Notes: a model not told the origin generated them from the sequence alone. Positions 1-9,361 are shown, counted from the stretch's first letter. The stretch: DNA of 64,000 nt from an uncultured bacterium (GCA_963777505.1 CAVZQN010000001.1:256001-320000), one strand, 5' to 3'. Made by a program: numbers and translations.

Positions 1-533
1 ACTTCGCGCTGACTGATTGCGCCGACAGCATCGCGAAACAAAAATTCGATAGGATCCTCAATCGTTACAATATGGACAGCCCGTTTTTCGCTAATCTCTT
101 TAATCATTGCCGCAAGCGTTGAGGATTTTCCTGATCCTGTCGGACCAGTAACCAGAACTAACCCTTGAGGCAGCTTACAAAAGTCATAAATGCTTTCGGG
201 AAGTCCCCAATCATCAATACTTGGAAAATTGAATGGAATCCGGCGGAAAACTGCACTGGGCGTTCCGCGTTGATAAAAGACAGTTGCTCGAAAGCGAGAA
301 ACTCCTGGCAAACTGTATCCAAAGTCTACATATAAAGACTCTTCGAGATGTCTTTTCTGTTTTTCGGTAAGGACCTCTTTAATCAATTTATCGATGTGTT
401 CAGGGGGAAGCGGTTGTGCTTGAATCGGTGTGAGTCTGCCCTCGATTCTTAGTAATGGAGGACGCATCGGCTTCAGATGCAAATCTGAGGCCTTCTGCGA
501 AACCATGAACTTTAACAGGTCATTTAAATGCAA
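1..533 (-). CDS. pilT: Type IV pilus retraction ATPase PilT/PilU (5' part, runs off the window)
   Basis: Hand translation: (M)HLNDLLKFMVSQKASDLHLK...SRFRATVFYQRG...GLVLVTGPTGSGKSSTLAAMI...HIVTIEDPIEF...ISQRE. Contains the ASDLHL motif, Walker A and Asp box. Probable TTG start at 533. Confidence 0.9.
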   Translation of the reverse strand, partial: MHLNDLLKFMVSQKASDLHLKPMRPPLLRIEGRLTPIQAQPLPPEHIDKLIKEVLTEKQKRHLEESLYVDFGYSLPGVSRFRATVFYQRGTPSAVFRRIPFNFPSIDDWGLPESIYDFCKLPQGLVLVTGPTGSGKSSTLAAMIKEISEKRAVHIVTIEDPIEFLFRDAVGAISQRE

Positions 534-608
534 ACGAGTTCCCTTCTTGTTTTGCTATTATACAGAACAATTTAACCGGCAAACAGTCCCCGGGACTTGA
601 AGATCTCG

Positions 609-637
609 AATAGAGGATAGAAGATAGAGGATAGAGG
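609..637 (+). repeat. Heptamer tandem repeat (ATAGAGG/ATAGAAG) x4
   Basis: atagagg atagaag atagagg atagagg in the divergent pilT/peroxiredoxin intergenic region. Confidence 0.7.
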
Positions 638-646
638 AAAAATGGC

Positions 647-1156
647 GTGAATCTCAAAACCCTGGTAAGCACACTTAAACAAATGCTCCAGCAAGCAATT
701 TCGGGGCAAAAAGGGAACGTTCTCGTCGAAGGGTCCCAGGCGCCAGAATTTGAGATTAACGACGAAAGCGGCAAAAAGCATACCTTAAATCAATATAGAG
801 GTAAGAAAGTAATTCTGTGGTTTTATCCTCGTGCGATGACGCCGGGGTGAACTGAAGAAGGAAAACGATTCCGGGATCGAATCGATGAATTTACTAAACG
901 AAATAGCATTGTTTTGGGAGTCAGCACGGACACCGCGGAAGACAATCGCGCATTTAAAGCGAAAAACGCTTTCCCGTTTCCCCTTCTTTGCGATGTTGAT
1001 GGAATGCTTTCACTAAAATATGGAGCTACAAATTTCAAAAACGCTGCTTTCTCGAACCGGATCAGTTATTTGATTAATGAACATGGAGTTATTGAAAAGG
1101 CTTTTAAGAAAGTCATCCCCGCAAATCATGCCGAAGAACTACTTCAACTTTTGTAA
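647..1156 (+). CDS. bcp: Selenocysteine-containing peroxiredoxin (BCP/PrxQ family)
   Basis: ORFs 647-850 and 914-1156 are in the same frame and joined by TGA 848-850 in WFYPRAMTPG-U-TEEG, the peroxidatic Cys position of FYPxxxTPGCT. A hairpin follows at 866-884. Confidence 0.88.
866..884 (+). promoter_or_regulatory. Putative bacterial SECIS hairpin
   Basis: CGATTC-CGGGATC-GAATCG: 6-bp stem starting 15 nt after UGA, with G at loop position 2. Confidence 0.65.
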
Positions 1157-2336
1157 GGTCTTTGTTCTCTTAATACCCTTCCTCTTTCCTATCTCGGCCT
1201 TATCAGCAGCACAAGATCCACTCTTACCGCCCCAGTTAGACGAATTGAGAACTCAAGGTTTCACGCATCTTTTCAACATGCGGTATCAAGAAGCCCAATC
1301 CAGTTTTGAATCGATGACTCAAGCAGATCCCAAACATCCAGCGGGGTACATTTATACAGGGAATGCAATCTGGCTTCACCATCTTGCGGATCTTCGAAGA
1401 CTGCAATCGAATGTATACAACAAGAGCGATGCTTTCTTTGATAATGAAAAACAAGAAAAAGCGAACCCAAAAGTCGATACGGAATTCCGCAAGAACATGA
1501 ATAAAGGAGTTGAACTAGCTGAGTTAAGACTCGAGAAAAATCCAAATGATATTGAAGCTATCTATTTCCTCGGAGTTGCAAAGAATATCCTTGCCGGCTA
1601 TGAAGCGACAGTCAATCGAAGTTTTTTTTCAGCCCTTCGCAATGGATCAAAAGGTGTGGATCTTCACAGAGATCTAATCAAACGGGATCCCGCATTCATT
1701 GATCCTTACCTGTCCGTTGGAATGTATGACTACATTGTTGGAAGTTTGCCGGTTGCAGTAAAAATCCTCGTTTTCTTTGGCGGTGTTCATGGGTCAAAAA
1801 AGAATGGACTTGCTGCGGTAGAAAAAGTGTATCGGGATGGAGGATATGCCCGCGATGAAGCCGCAGTCCTTCTGGTGATGCTCTATAACCGTGAAAAACG
1901 GCTTTCGGATGCTTTAAATGTAATGAATTATGTTTCTGAAAAATATCCCGAGAATTCACTCTTTGCGCTTGAACGTGCGATGACTCTTGCGCAGCTCAAA
2001 AAGTTTGTACAAAGCCAGGAAGCCTTTGATTCGATTCTTAAAAATACGAGAGCAATGAGTTACATGCCTGATGTTATTTACTATCAATATGGTGAAGCAT
2101 TGTTTTCTGCAGGAGATTGGGATACTGCCGCCTCAAGGTATGCGGAAGCAGCGAATTCTCCAAAAGCACCCGCCGCTTTAAAAACGATGGCATTACTGAA
2201 TGAAGGCCGATGCTATGATGCGATGGGAAAACGCGAACTTGCGTTGAAACGCTATAGCGAAGTCTTAAAAAGACCCGATGTATTTGAATCACACAAAGCC
2301 GCCAAAGAGTTAACAAAAACTCCATTCAAACCTTAA
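1128..2336 (+). CDS. Exported tetratricopeptide-repeat protein
   Basis: Signal-peptide-like N-terminus and several TPR-like helices (EAIYFLG, YYQYGEALF, GRCYDAMGKRELA). ATG 1128 is the likelier start. Confidence 0.75.
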   Translation: MPKNYFNFCKVFVLLIPFLFPISALSAAQDPLLPPQLDELRTQGFTHLFNMRYQEAQSSFESMTQADPKHPAGYIYTGNAIWLHHLADLRRLQSNVYNKSDAFFDNEKQEKANPKVDTEFRKNMNKGVELAELRLEKNPNDIEAIYFLGVAKNILAGYEATVNRSFFSALRNGSKGVDLHRDLIKRDPAFIDPYLSVGMYDYIVGSLPVAVKILVFFGGVHGSKKNGLAAVEKVYRDGGYARDEAAVLLVMLYNREKRLSDALNVMNYVSEKYPENSLFALERAMTLAQLKKFVQSQEAFDSILKNTRAMSYMPDVIYYQYGEALFSAGDWDTAASRYAEAANSPKAPAALKTMALLNEGRCYDAMGKRELALKRYSEVLKRPDVFESHKAAKELTKTPFKP

Positions 2337-2445
2337 CCATTCCTGCCCGCGATTCAATATCAATTTGCAGGGTGATTTTCCTAACTTTAGTCAGGGTTGC
2401 CATGCTGAGCCCGAGTCGATAATGAGTGCAGGAGGAATCATCACC

Positions 2446-2826
2446 ATGAAGGTAACCCGGAACGTCAATTTAGATTCTGTGAGTCAGATTGAATCAAAAA
2501 GTGTTCAGAATGATGCGAAGACGTCTCAAGCTTCAGTTAATAAGGAAATTGCGGCTCCTGCCCAGCAGCTCTCTGTTCCTGAAAGAAATGCAAAGCTTGC
2601 CCATCTCGATCTTGAAGGAACTACAAAACAATTTTCGTTAAAAACTAAACTCGATTCAGATCAAAAATCAATCGAAACTGTTTTTAAGGATGTGAAACTT
2701 TATGCGGAACCGAATGCAAAACACGAAGGCGTAGGCCCCTGTGGTGCAGTGGGACCGTGCAATGTAACGGGGCCGTGCAATGTAACAGGACCGTGTGATA
2801 ACGAAGCAGTTGGGCCCTGTGACTAA
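2446..2826 (+). CDS. Putative RiPP precursor: long leader plus C-terminal ([VT]GPC)x5 core
   Basis: GGAGG SD at 2431 and ATG 2446. C-terminus is EGVGPCGAVGPCNVTGPCNVTGPCDNEAVGPCD. Ends 20 bp before the JmjC gene. Confidence 0.7.
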   Translation: MKVTRNVNLDSVSQIESKSVQNDAKTSQASVNKEIAAPAQQLSVPERNAKLAHLDLEGTTKQFSLKTKLDSDQKSIETVFKDVKLYAEPNAKHEGVGPCGAVGPCNVTGPCNVTGPCDNEAVGPCD

Positions 2827-2846
2827 AAGGATCTGAGGACCTAACC

Positions 2847-4158
2847 ATGATGCTACTAGAGGAAGAAAATATTTCGGCTCAAACTCAGCTTGCTGCAAAG
2901 TTCAGTCTTTCGCGTGACTTTTGGTATGGCTTTTTTTTGCAATCGTGGGGAAAGTATCCGCGAATTCTAAGAAAGCCATTGTCCAACTTGCTTGCCGCTC
3001 CTGAAGAAGTTTTAAAAGCGTTGATTCAAGCTTCGGATCAGTATCGTAAAGGTGAACTCAATACTCCGATCGGATTCTTTGTTGAATATGCAAAGCAATT
3101 GGTAGACGTTCCAACATACCTTCCGGAATCCTGCGATGTTTCATCTGGAAGCGTATGCAAGGCGTGTGGATGAGCTATTGAGACACAGGAAGTTTGGTTT
3201 GATAGCCGAACATTTTCAAATTCACGATTCAAGCATCTGGTTCCGCATCCGTGAATTTCTTCAAGGCCTTTACGAATTTACAGGCCTTCCAGGTGAAGAT
3301 ACGAAGGCAACGATTTTCATCGGGAATTATGATCGAACGCCTCTCGGACTTCACAAAGGCAATTCGCATAATTTTATGTTTGTGCTTTACGGCCGCAAAA
3401 GAATCCGGCTCTGGCCAAAGAAATATTTTAAGAAATCAGACCGCATTGAGCATTCGATTGCTTACGATAAATTCAATGAGGATTCAGTTTTGCTTGAAGG
3501 AAATCCTGGCGACATTCTTTACTGGCCATCCGGATACTGGCACATTGGAGAATCGGCTGAAGATCGTGAACTTTCGATGGGTCTTAGTCTCGCGCTTTTC
3601 ATGGATTCACGCCGCTCAGTCGTTGGTTGGAATACATTAGCAAGACTCCTTCACGCCCGGATTCAAGCTAAGGAAAGCGGATCGAATAAACTGTTTGGTC
3701 TGAAGAGTCATAAGCAGAATCTTGAATCGCTTCCGGATCTCGCGAAACAAACAAAGCTGGCGATTCGCGAGTTATCTGATGATCCATCATTGGAAAAAGC
3801 TGTTGAAGTAACAGTTTTGAATTACCTGACATCGATGGGATTTACACGCGTACCGGTTCTGAACTTCGAAGAAAATCTGGAAGAACATGACACGATCAGC
3901 GGCGTTCCGGGTTCGCCGATTTTGTGGATTCCGTGGAATGATGATCAGCTCTTATGTTCTGCAAATGGTCATGCCTTTACAATGCCTGACGCGGAAGATT
4001 ACTTACAGATTCTTGAGAAACTAAATCGAGGTTCTTGCAGGACCGTAAAAAAATACATTTCCAATTGCGAAATGCCCGCCATCGCACATCAACTTCTTCA
4101 AAAGTTGTACAGCCACGGTGCAATTAGTGTGTCTTCGAAACAGAGTCTCTGCGGTTAA
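2847..4158 (+). CDS. JmjC/cupin Fe(II)-2OG oxygenase (one frameshift near 3143), HxG variant
   Basis: FIGNYDRTPLGLHKGNSHNFMFVLYGRKRIRLWP...PGDILYWPSGYWHIGES. Removing one base near 3143 fuses the two ORFs (…PESCDVS/LEAYARR…). Confidence 0.82.
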
Positions 4159-4200
4159 TCCTTTTCGGGATTCTGCTTGATCATCGGATAAAATGGAAAT

Positions 4201-5937
4201 ATGCGACCGGTTTGTCTAACAATCTTCATCTTCTTTTCTGTACAACTGGGATTTAGCGCACCAGCTGCCGATCTGATTCTGATCAACGGCAAAATCATCA
4301 CAGTGGATGCAAAAGATTCCATTGCGCAAGCAATTGCGATTCGTGAAGGGAAGATTCTGGCTGTTGGAACCAACGAAGAGATTCGAAAACAAGCCGGGAA
4401 CGATACTCGTATCATCGATCTTCATGGACGCACTGCGACACCGGGTCTCATTGACACACACTGCCACTTTGATGCGACAGCTGATTTGTATGCGATTGAT
4501 CTGAGCAACGTGAAGAGTATCGGCGAATCAGTTGAGCTTGTGCGGAAAAAAGTTTCGGAAGTTCAACCAGGTACCTGGATTCGCGGCCACGGATGGGACG
4601 AAAGTAAATTGAAGGAGTTGCGTTACATCACGGCTGCGGATCTGGATAAAGTCTCACCGAATAATCCTGTTTGGCTCTGGCATACCACGTGGCACTACGG
4701 AGTCGCAAATTCGAGGGCTTTGAAGCTTGCAAAAATTACTGCAGAAACGAAAGATCCGGAAGCAGGCACCATCGATCGAGATTCAAATGGCCATCCCACT
4801 GGCGTTCTAAAGGAAGATCCCGCTATGGATCTTGTTGCTCGACTGATCCCACCTTATACACGCGAACAGCAGCGGGCTGGCATTTTGAAAATAATGTCGG
4901 ACTTCAATCGTGAAGGCATGACAGCGGCAAAAGATCCCGGCATTCCGCCGGAACATTGGAAACTGCTTCACGAACTTCTTCAGGAAAAACTGTTTACGGT
5001 CAGGATTTTTGCGCTGCTCCTCGCAGGTACAAACATGGAGTCCGCGAAAGCTGCGCTTGCCCAACTCCAACCGCTTCCAAGGCCTCCCAAATCATTTGAT
5101 GAAGGGATGCTGTTTGCAGGCGGCGTGAAAATTTTTATGGATGGCAGCGGCAGCGCGCGCACAGCCTGGGTTTATGAACCATGGCATAAGAAGTCGGTGG
5201 AAATCGATACAGGAAACACCGGATATCCTTCGCTCGATCAAACTGTGTATCAACAAATGGCCAGGCTATTTCACAATGCAGGAATTCATATCGGTACTCA
5301 TGCCGTTGGTGACCGTGCGATCGATTGGGTTGTAAACACCTATTCTCAGTTGCTTCAAGAAAAACCTGTAAAAGGGCTTCGGCACAGCATCATTCATTGC
5401 AACATTCCAACCGATCATGCAATCGAGACGATGGCAAAGCTTCAAAAAAATTACGATGCAGGTTATCCCGAAGCGCAAGCGCCGTTTATGTGGTGGATTG
5501 GTGACACCTACGCAGGAACATTCGGTCCGAAACGCAATCTTCGACTCATGCCGTTTCGGACGTATTTGAAAAAAGGGATCCTGTGGGCCGGCGGATCCGA
5601 TTTTTCGGTCACGCCATTTCCTGCACGCTATGGACTCTGGTCCACTGTCGAACGAAAAACACTCAACGGTATCTACGGCTCACAACCTTTCGGGACCGAT
5701 GAATCAGTGGATGTTCGTGTCGCATTGAAATCATTCACAATCTGGGCCGCACGACAATTGTTTCTGGAAGATAAAATTGGCTCTCTGGAAGTTGGAAAAG
5801 ATGCAGACATCGCTGTATGGGACCGCGACCTCTACACGATCCCATCGGCCGATCTAAAGAATCTGAAATGCGAACTGACACTCCTGAAAGGCCGCGAAGT
5901 TTACCGAGCAAAAGACTCACCACTGACTGGAATCTAA
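4201..5937 (+). CDS. Amidohydrolase-3 family metallohydrolase (YtcJ-like), exported
   Basis: PGLIDTHCH, GVKIFMDGS, HAVGDRA, GSDF and GSLEVGKDAD motifs; signal peptide. Confidence 0.9.
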   Translation: MRPVCLTIFIFFSVQLGFSAPAADLILINGKIITVDAKDSIAQAIAIREGKILAVGTNEEIRKQAGNDTRIIDLHGRTATPGLIDTHCHFDATADLYAIDLSNVKSIGESVELVRKKVSEVQPGTWIRGHGWDESKLKELRYITAADLDKVSPNNPVWLWHTTWHYGVANSRALKLAKITAETKDPEAGTIDRDSNGHPTGVLKEDPAMDLVARLIPPYTREQQRAGILKIMSDFNREGMTAAKDPGIPPEHWKLLHELLQEKLFTVRIFALLLAGTNMESAKAALAQLQPLPRPPKSFDEGMLFAGGVKIFMDGSGSARTAWVYEPWHKKSVEIDTGNTGYPSLDQTVYQQMARLFHNAGIHIGTHAVGDRAIDWVVNTYSQLLQEKPVKGLRHSIIHCNIPTDHAIETMAKLQKNYDAGYPEAQAPFMWWIGDTYAGTFGPKRNLRLMPFRTYLKKGILWAGGSDFSVTPFPARYGLWSTVERKTLNGIYGSQPFGTDESVDVRVALKSFTIWAARQLFLEDKIGSLEVGKDADIAVWDRDLYTIPSADLKNLKCELTLLKGREVYRAKDSPLTGI

Positions 5938-6578
5938 AAGATATTAGGAATGAACTTCTTCAAGTAGATTAACCGTAAATCAACGGAAAGAATGATCCTT
6001 TCCGTAGTCCCTTGATGTCGAACTGAATGAGGATATTGACCTCCATCTTTAAAGGCTAGCAACTCTCCTTCAACCCAAGTCTGAGTTTCATCTCCAACAG
6101 TAATTTCGCATGCCGGGTCGCACTTTAATCCGAGTTGTACTCGCAAGTAGGTGAAGCACCAACCGTGATGTGGCTTAATGTAACTTCCTGGTTTCAACCT
6201 GCTGACAAATGCATTGGCAAGATTTCCTTGTTGCTCCAACTCACCAATCATCTTTGTTGTGAACGGGCATTGAGATCGAGTCCATTCAGTGTAGGAGACA
6301 ATGTCGAATCCGAGCCGATCTTTTGATATGTCCATGAAATCTTCATTAAACACTGACAACGGAAAGGCCTTCCAATAATTTTCATAGAGACAGGTTTCTT
6401 GTTTTTGATCAACGGGATTTACATATGAAAATTGCGGATAATCTCGCAAAGGATCTTGAGTTTTTATGAAGTTCAAAATCTCATCTTTGATTTCAGCGTA
6501 ATGCGATACTAAGCTGTTACAGATAGGAATTCGTTCCAGATAGTCATTCCAAAATCTACACTCCTCTGCCCTGCTCAT
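5934..6578 (-). CDS. Aspartyl/asparaginyl beta-hydroxylase family Fe/2OG dioxygenase
   Basis: SRLKPGSYIKPHHG, LRVQLGL, WVEGELLAFKD and HSVRH...ERIILSVD match the AspH/LpxO family pattern. Confidence 0.85.
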   Translation of the reverse strand: MSRAEECRFWNDYLERIPICNSLVSHYAEIKDEILNFIKTQDPLRDYPQFSYVNPVDQKQETCLYENYWKAFPLSVFNEDFMDISKDRLGFDIVSYTEWTRSQCPFTTKMIGELEQQGNLANAFVSRLKPGSYIKPHHGWCFTYLRVQLGLKCDPACEITVGDETQTWVEGELLAFKDGGQYPHSVRHQGTTERIILSVDLRLIYLKKFIPNIF

Positions 6579-6834
6579 TTTTGATCTTGCGGAGCCGTTC
6601 CAATAGCTTCTGTCACTTTTTAATCACGTCCCGAACGGACGATGCGTGCCGGGCAACTCTATCTGGAATTACAATCTGGAATTCTTCTTCCAGTTCAAAG
6701 AGAATTTGAAGTCGATCGACTGAATCAATGTCGAGTGAATCAAAAGTAGTGTCGATATTGATGGGGATTTTTTTTCGGCTACATCCTTTAGAGATTGCAG
6801 AAATGGCGCGTTCTTCTATCGTCCTATCGTTCAT
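6575..6834 (-). CDS. Acyl carrier protein
   Basis: TFDSLDIDSVDRLQILFELEEEFQIVIPD carries the Ppant Ser motif. One extra A in the A-run near 6617 would extend it (KKVTEAIGTAPQDQK) to an ATGA overlap with the next gene. Confidence 0.88.
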
Positions 6835-6858
6835 ACATTCTATTAGGACGTCGCGATC

Positions 6859-7404
6859 TTACTGACCAAAAATGTTCGGGTTAATTGCCACTTCTGGGCG
6901 TGCGCATTCTGCACGTATAGAAATGCCATGATCCTCAATCATAGGATCTAGAAACTTCATATCCTTAGGACCTGAAAGGGATGGATCTAAATCTTTGGAT
7001 TGATAGTGAAGCGGTTTATCCAATTTAGCAGCCAAAGCGCCAGCATCCTGAAACTTGCGAACCTCACTTTCCGGCAGACGATTGAGAGTAGCATTCTGAT
7101 CCGGCGTCAGCGCAAAGTTCGTTTTGACAAAGCCTTTGAAGTCTTTGAATGCTTCCGGATATTGCTTTGGAGTCAGACCAGATTGAAGCACATGATTCAT
7201 TGAAGCATCGCTCATGATTACTTTGCCTTCTGATTTTCCAGCTAAATAAGCCGTGCGAAATGAATCCACTTTTGAAGATTCAAATGAGTCATTTGTATTA
7301 GCGATACCTGGTTGCGATTTAGCGGGACTTGCTGGTTGTTCAGTGTTGCTTTGAATCTCTGAGTTTACAGGGGCATTCCGGTTAGTTCTTGAAAGAGGAT
7401 CCAT
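6859..7404 (-). CDS. Orphan protein with disordered S/N/Q/P-rich N-terminus (GIANTNDSFE)
   Basis: 181-aa ORF with GGAGG SD, between the FAAL and ACP genes. Confidence 0.7.
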   Translation of the reverse strand: MDPLSRTNRNAPVNSEIQSNTEQPASPAKSQPGIANTNDSFESSKVDSFRTAYLAGKSEGKVIMSDASMNHVLQSGLTPKQYPEAFKDFKGFVKTNFALTPDQNATLNRLPESEVRKFQDAGALAAKLDKPLHYQSKDLDPSLSGPKDMKFLDPMIEDHGISIRAECARPEVAINPNIFGQ

Positions 7405-7478
7405 TTAACCTCCACATTCCCATCTGGAATTATTAATGCTGAGTATACTTCGTTTCGAAGGCTCTGCAAAAGTTCACG

Positions 7479-9176
7479 TCAAGCCTTTGACAGTTCATTT
7501 TCAAGATAGCGACGACGCATTTCGTTGCGGCGTATTTTACCGCTCGATGTGCGCGCAAGAGAATTTGGCAAAATAAAAAGAACTTCCGAAATTTGAATGC
7601 CCTCTTCGCGATTGATCGCTTCTGAAATCGCTGTTGCGATCGCCTTTTGAGTCTTTTCTGGAATTGACTGTTTGAGTTCCTGTAAAAGTATGAGGCTTTC
7701 ATTTCCAGAATCAGAATCAATCGCAAATGCAGCAGATGGCCGCTGCTGCAACAAAGGGTGAGCAGATTGTGCGATAAATTCTAGATCCTGAGGCGCATAA
7801 TTCTTTCCGCGAATGATAATCAGATCCTTGATTCTTCCCGTAATGAATAGCTCCCCTTCATCATCGAGAAAACCAAGATCGCCAGTTCGCAAATAATGCT
7901 CCGCGAGATGATGAACAAAGTTTTCTTGCGTCGCTTCTGGATGATTCCAATAACCGAGTGCTACACTTGGACCTGACACCCAGATTTCTCCAATATTCCC
8001 GGAAGTACAATCTTTTTGAGTTTCGTTGTCAACAATTCGGAGTTTCACACCTGAGCAGGCTTGTCCGCATCCAACAAAAACCTTACTGGCAACAGAAGAC
8101 TCAGTTTCGATTACCTTATGATCAGCAAGCGCTGCCAAATCAACGCGCTTTTGTTTCATCGGCCGGGACATATCGCGTCCACTAACAATCAATGTGGCTT
8201 CTGCAAGTCCATAACATGGAAGAAAAATATCTTTACGCAGATTAGCGGATCTAAAACGCTCATGGAAGTCCACTAGTGTTGAGGAGTGAATCGGCTCAGC
8301 ACCGTTAAATGCGACGCGAAGCGAAGAGAGATCAAGCTTCTCAATGTCCTCTATCTTTATTTTTTGGACACAAAGATCGTAGGCAAAATTAGGTGCAACT
8401 GTAACCGTACCCCGGTATTTTGAAATAGCCGCTAGCCAATGCAAAGGGCGAATCACGCTTGAAGGGGGCATCAACACAGTTTGCATGCCTGAATACACAG
8501 AGTGAAGAATTGCGCCAATCAGTCCCATATCATGGTACATGGGTAGCCAGCTAACCATGATGTCGGTTTCATTCGCACTCATCGCATCGCTGATCATGCG
8601 AAAATTATTCAGCAAGTTCGCGTGACTCAATGCGACACCTTTCGGGCTACCGGTTGACCCTGATGTGTACTGCAGCAATGCCATCGAGTCTTTTGCTGTA
8701 TGCGGATCCTCCCATTCAGTCGCCATCGAATTTTCAACAGAGTCCACTTCGATCCATTGAATACTTGAGGTTTCAGGGAAATTTTCATCAATTTCTTTTA
8801 CGAAATTGAACATCGCTGTTGTGACTAATACATTGGTGGCCCGTGAGTTCTGAATAATGGAAAACAATCTTTCGAGTTGCTTTCTGGAAAAAGGAGGATA
8901 GAGCGGAACAGGTATTGCTCCGGCGTAAATACATCCGAAAAAACTGGTTATAAGATCGAGTCCACAATCGAAGATCAAAAGAGCTGGTTTGGCGTTCCCT
9001 CCAAGTTGCTGAATGCGACTTGCAATAGCTCGTGCACGATTATCAAGTTCGTTGTATGTGATCGTCTCAACGCCTGAGCCTGTAAGTCCCGCAAGATATG
9101 TAAAAACAACGCGATCAGGATGAGCCTCGGCGCGGGAGCTTAGCATTTCTATTAGAGTGTCAAACTTTGTTTTCAT
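7479..9176 (-). CDS. Fatty acyl-AMP ligase (FAAL)
   Basis: LQYTSGSTGSPKGV, SWLPMYHDMGLIG, CYGLAEATLIVSG followed by the FAAL insertion, RTGDLGF, RTSSGKIRR. Confidence 0.93.
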   Translation of the reverse strand: MKTKFDTLIEMLSSRAEAHPDRVVFTYLAGLTGSGVETITYNELDNRARAIASRIQQLGGNAKPALLIFDCGLDLITSFFGCIYAGAIPVPLYPPFSRKQLERLFSIIQNSRATNVLVTTAMFNFVKEIDENFPETSSIQWIEVDSVENSMATEWEDPHTAKDSMALLQYTSGSTGSPKGVALSHANLLNNFRMISDAMSANETDIMVSWLPMYHDMGLIGAILHSVYSGMQTVLMPPSSVIRPLHWLAAISKYRGTVTVAPNFAYDLCVQKIKIEDIEKLDLSSLRVAFNGAEPIHSSTLVDFHERFRSANLRKDIFLPCYGLAEATLIVSGRDMSRPMKQKRVDLAALADHKVIETESSVASKVFVGCGQACSGVKLRIVDNETQKDCTSGNIGEIWVSGPSVALGYWNHPEATQENFVHHLAEHYLRTGDLGFLDDEGELFITGRIKDLIIIRGKNYAPQDLEFIAQSAHPLLQQRPSAAFAIDSDSGNESLILLQELKQSIPEKTQKAIATAISEAINREEGIQISEVLFILPNSLARTSSGKIRRNEMRRRYLENELSKA

Positions 9177-9241
9177 CCGTTTGACCTTGCTTGAATCGCC
9201 CTGAATATGTAAAATTCTGTGTGCTTGGCAGGCACCCCTCT

Positions 9242-9260
9242 GATCCTTATTATAAGGATC
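9242..9260. promoter_or_regulatory. Perfect palindrome, possible operator
   Basis: GATCCTTAT-T-ATAAGGATC between the divergent FAAL and tRNA genes. Confidence 0.45.
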
Positions 9261-9279
9261 TTCGTTTAATCACCTGTAT

Positions 9280-9361
9280 GCCGAAGTGGTGGAATTGGTA
9301 GACACACCATCTTGAGGGGGTGGCGGCGCGAGCCATGGGAGTTCGAGTCTCCCCTTCGGCA
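9280..9361 (+). tRNA. tRNA-Leu(GAG)
   Basis: Acceptor stem GCCGAAG/CTTCGGC, D-loop GGAATTGGTAGAC, anticodon arm CCATC-TTGAGGG-GGTGG, long variable arm, GTTCGAGT T-loop, discriminator A. CCA is not encoded. Confidence 0.95.

Noticed and set aside
2415-2422. GTCGATAA upstream of the GPC precursor as a sigma-28 -10 box
   Set aside because: No TAAA -35 element at the expected 15-nt spacing.
2847-3173. Separate small protein ending in CDVSSGSVCKACG, as a Cys-rich precursor
   Set aside because: The Cys-rich tail is out-of-frame read-through after the indel in the JmjC gene.
4201-5937. Amidohydrolase as a RiPP maturation enzyme
   Set aside because: A widespread exported YtcJ-like enzyme; only adjacency links it to the precursor.
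6160-6180. HHG motif in the Asp-hydroxylase as a second halogenase signature
   Set aside because: H-x-G is common in the AspH family, so it is not diagnostic.
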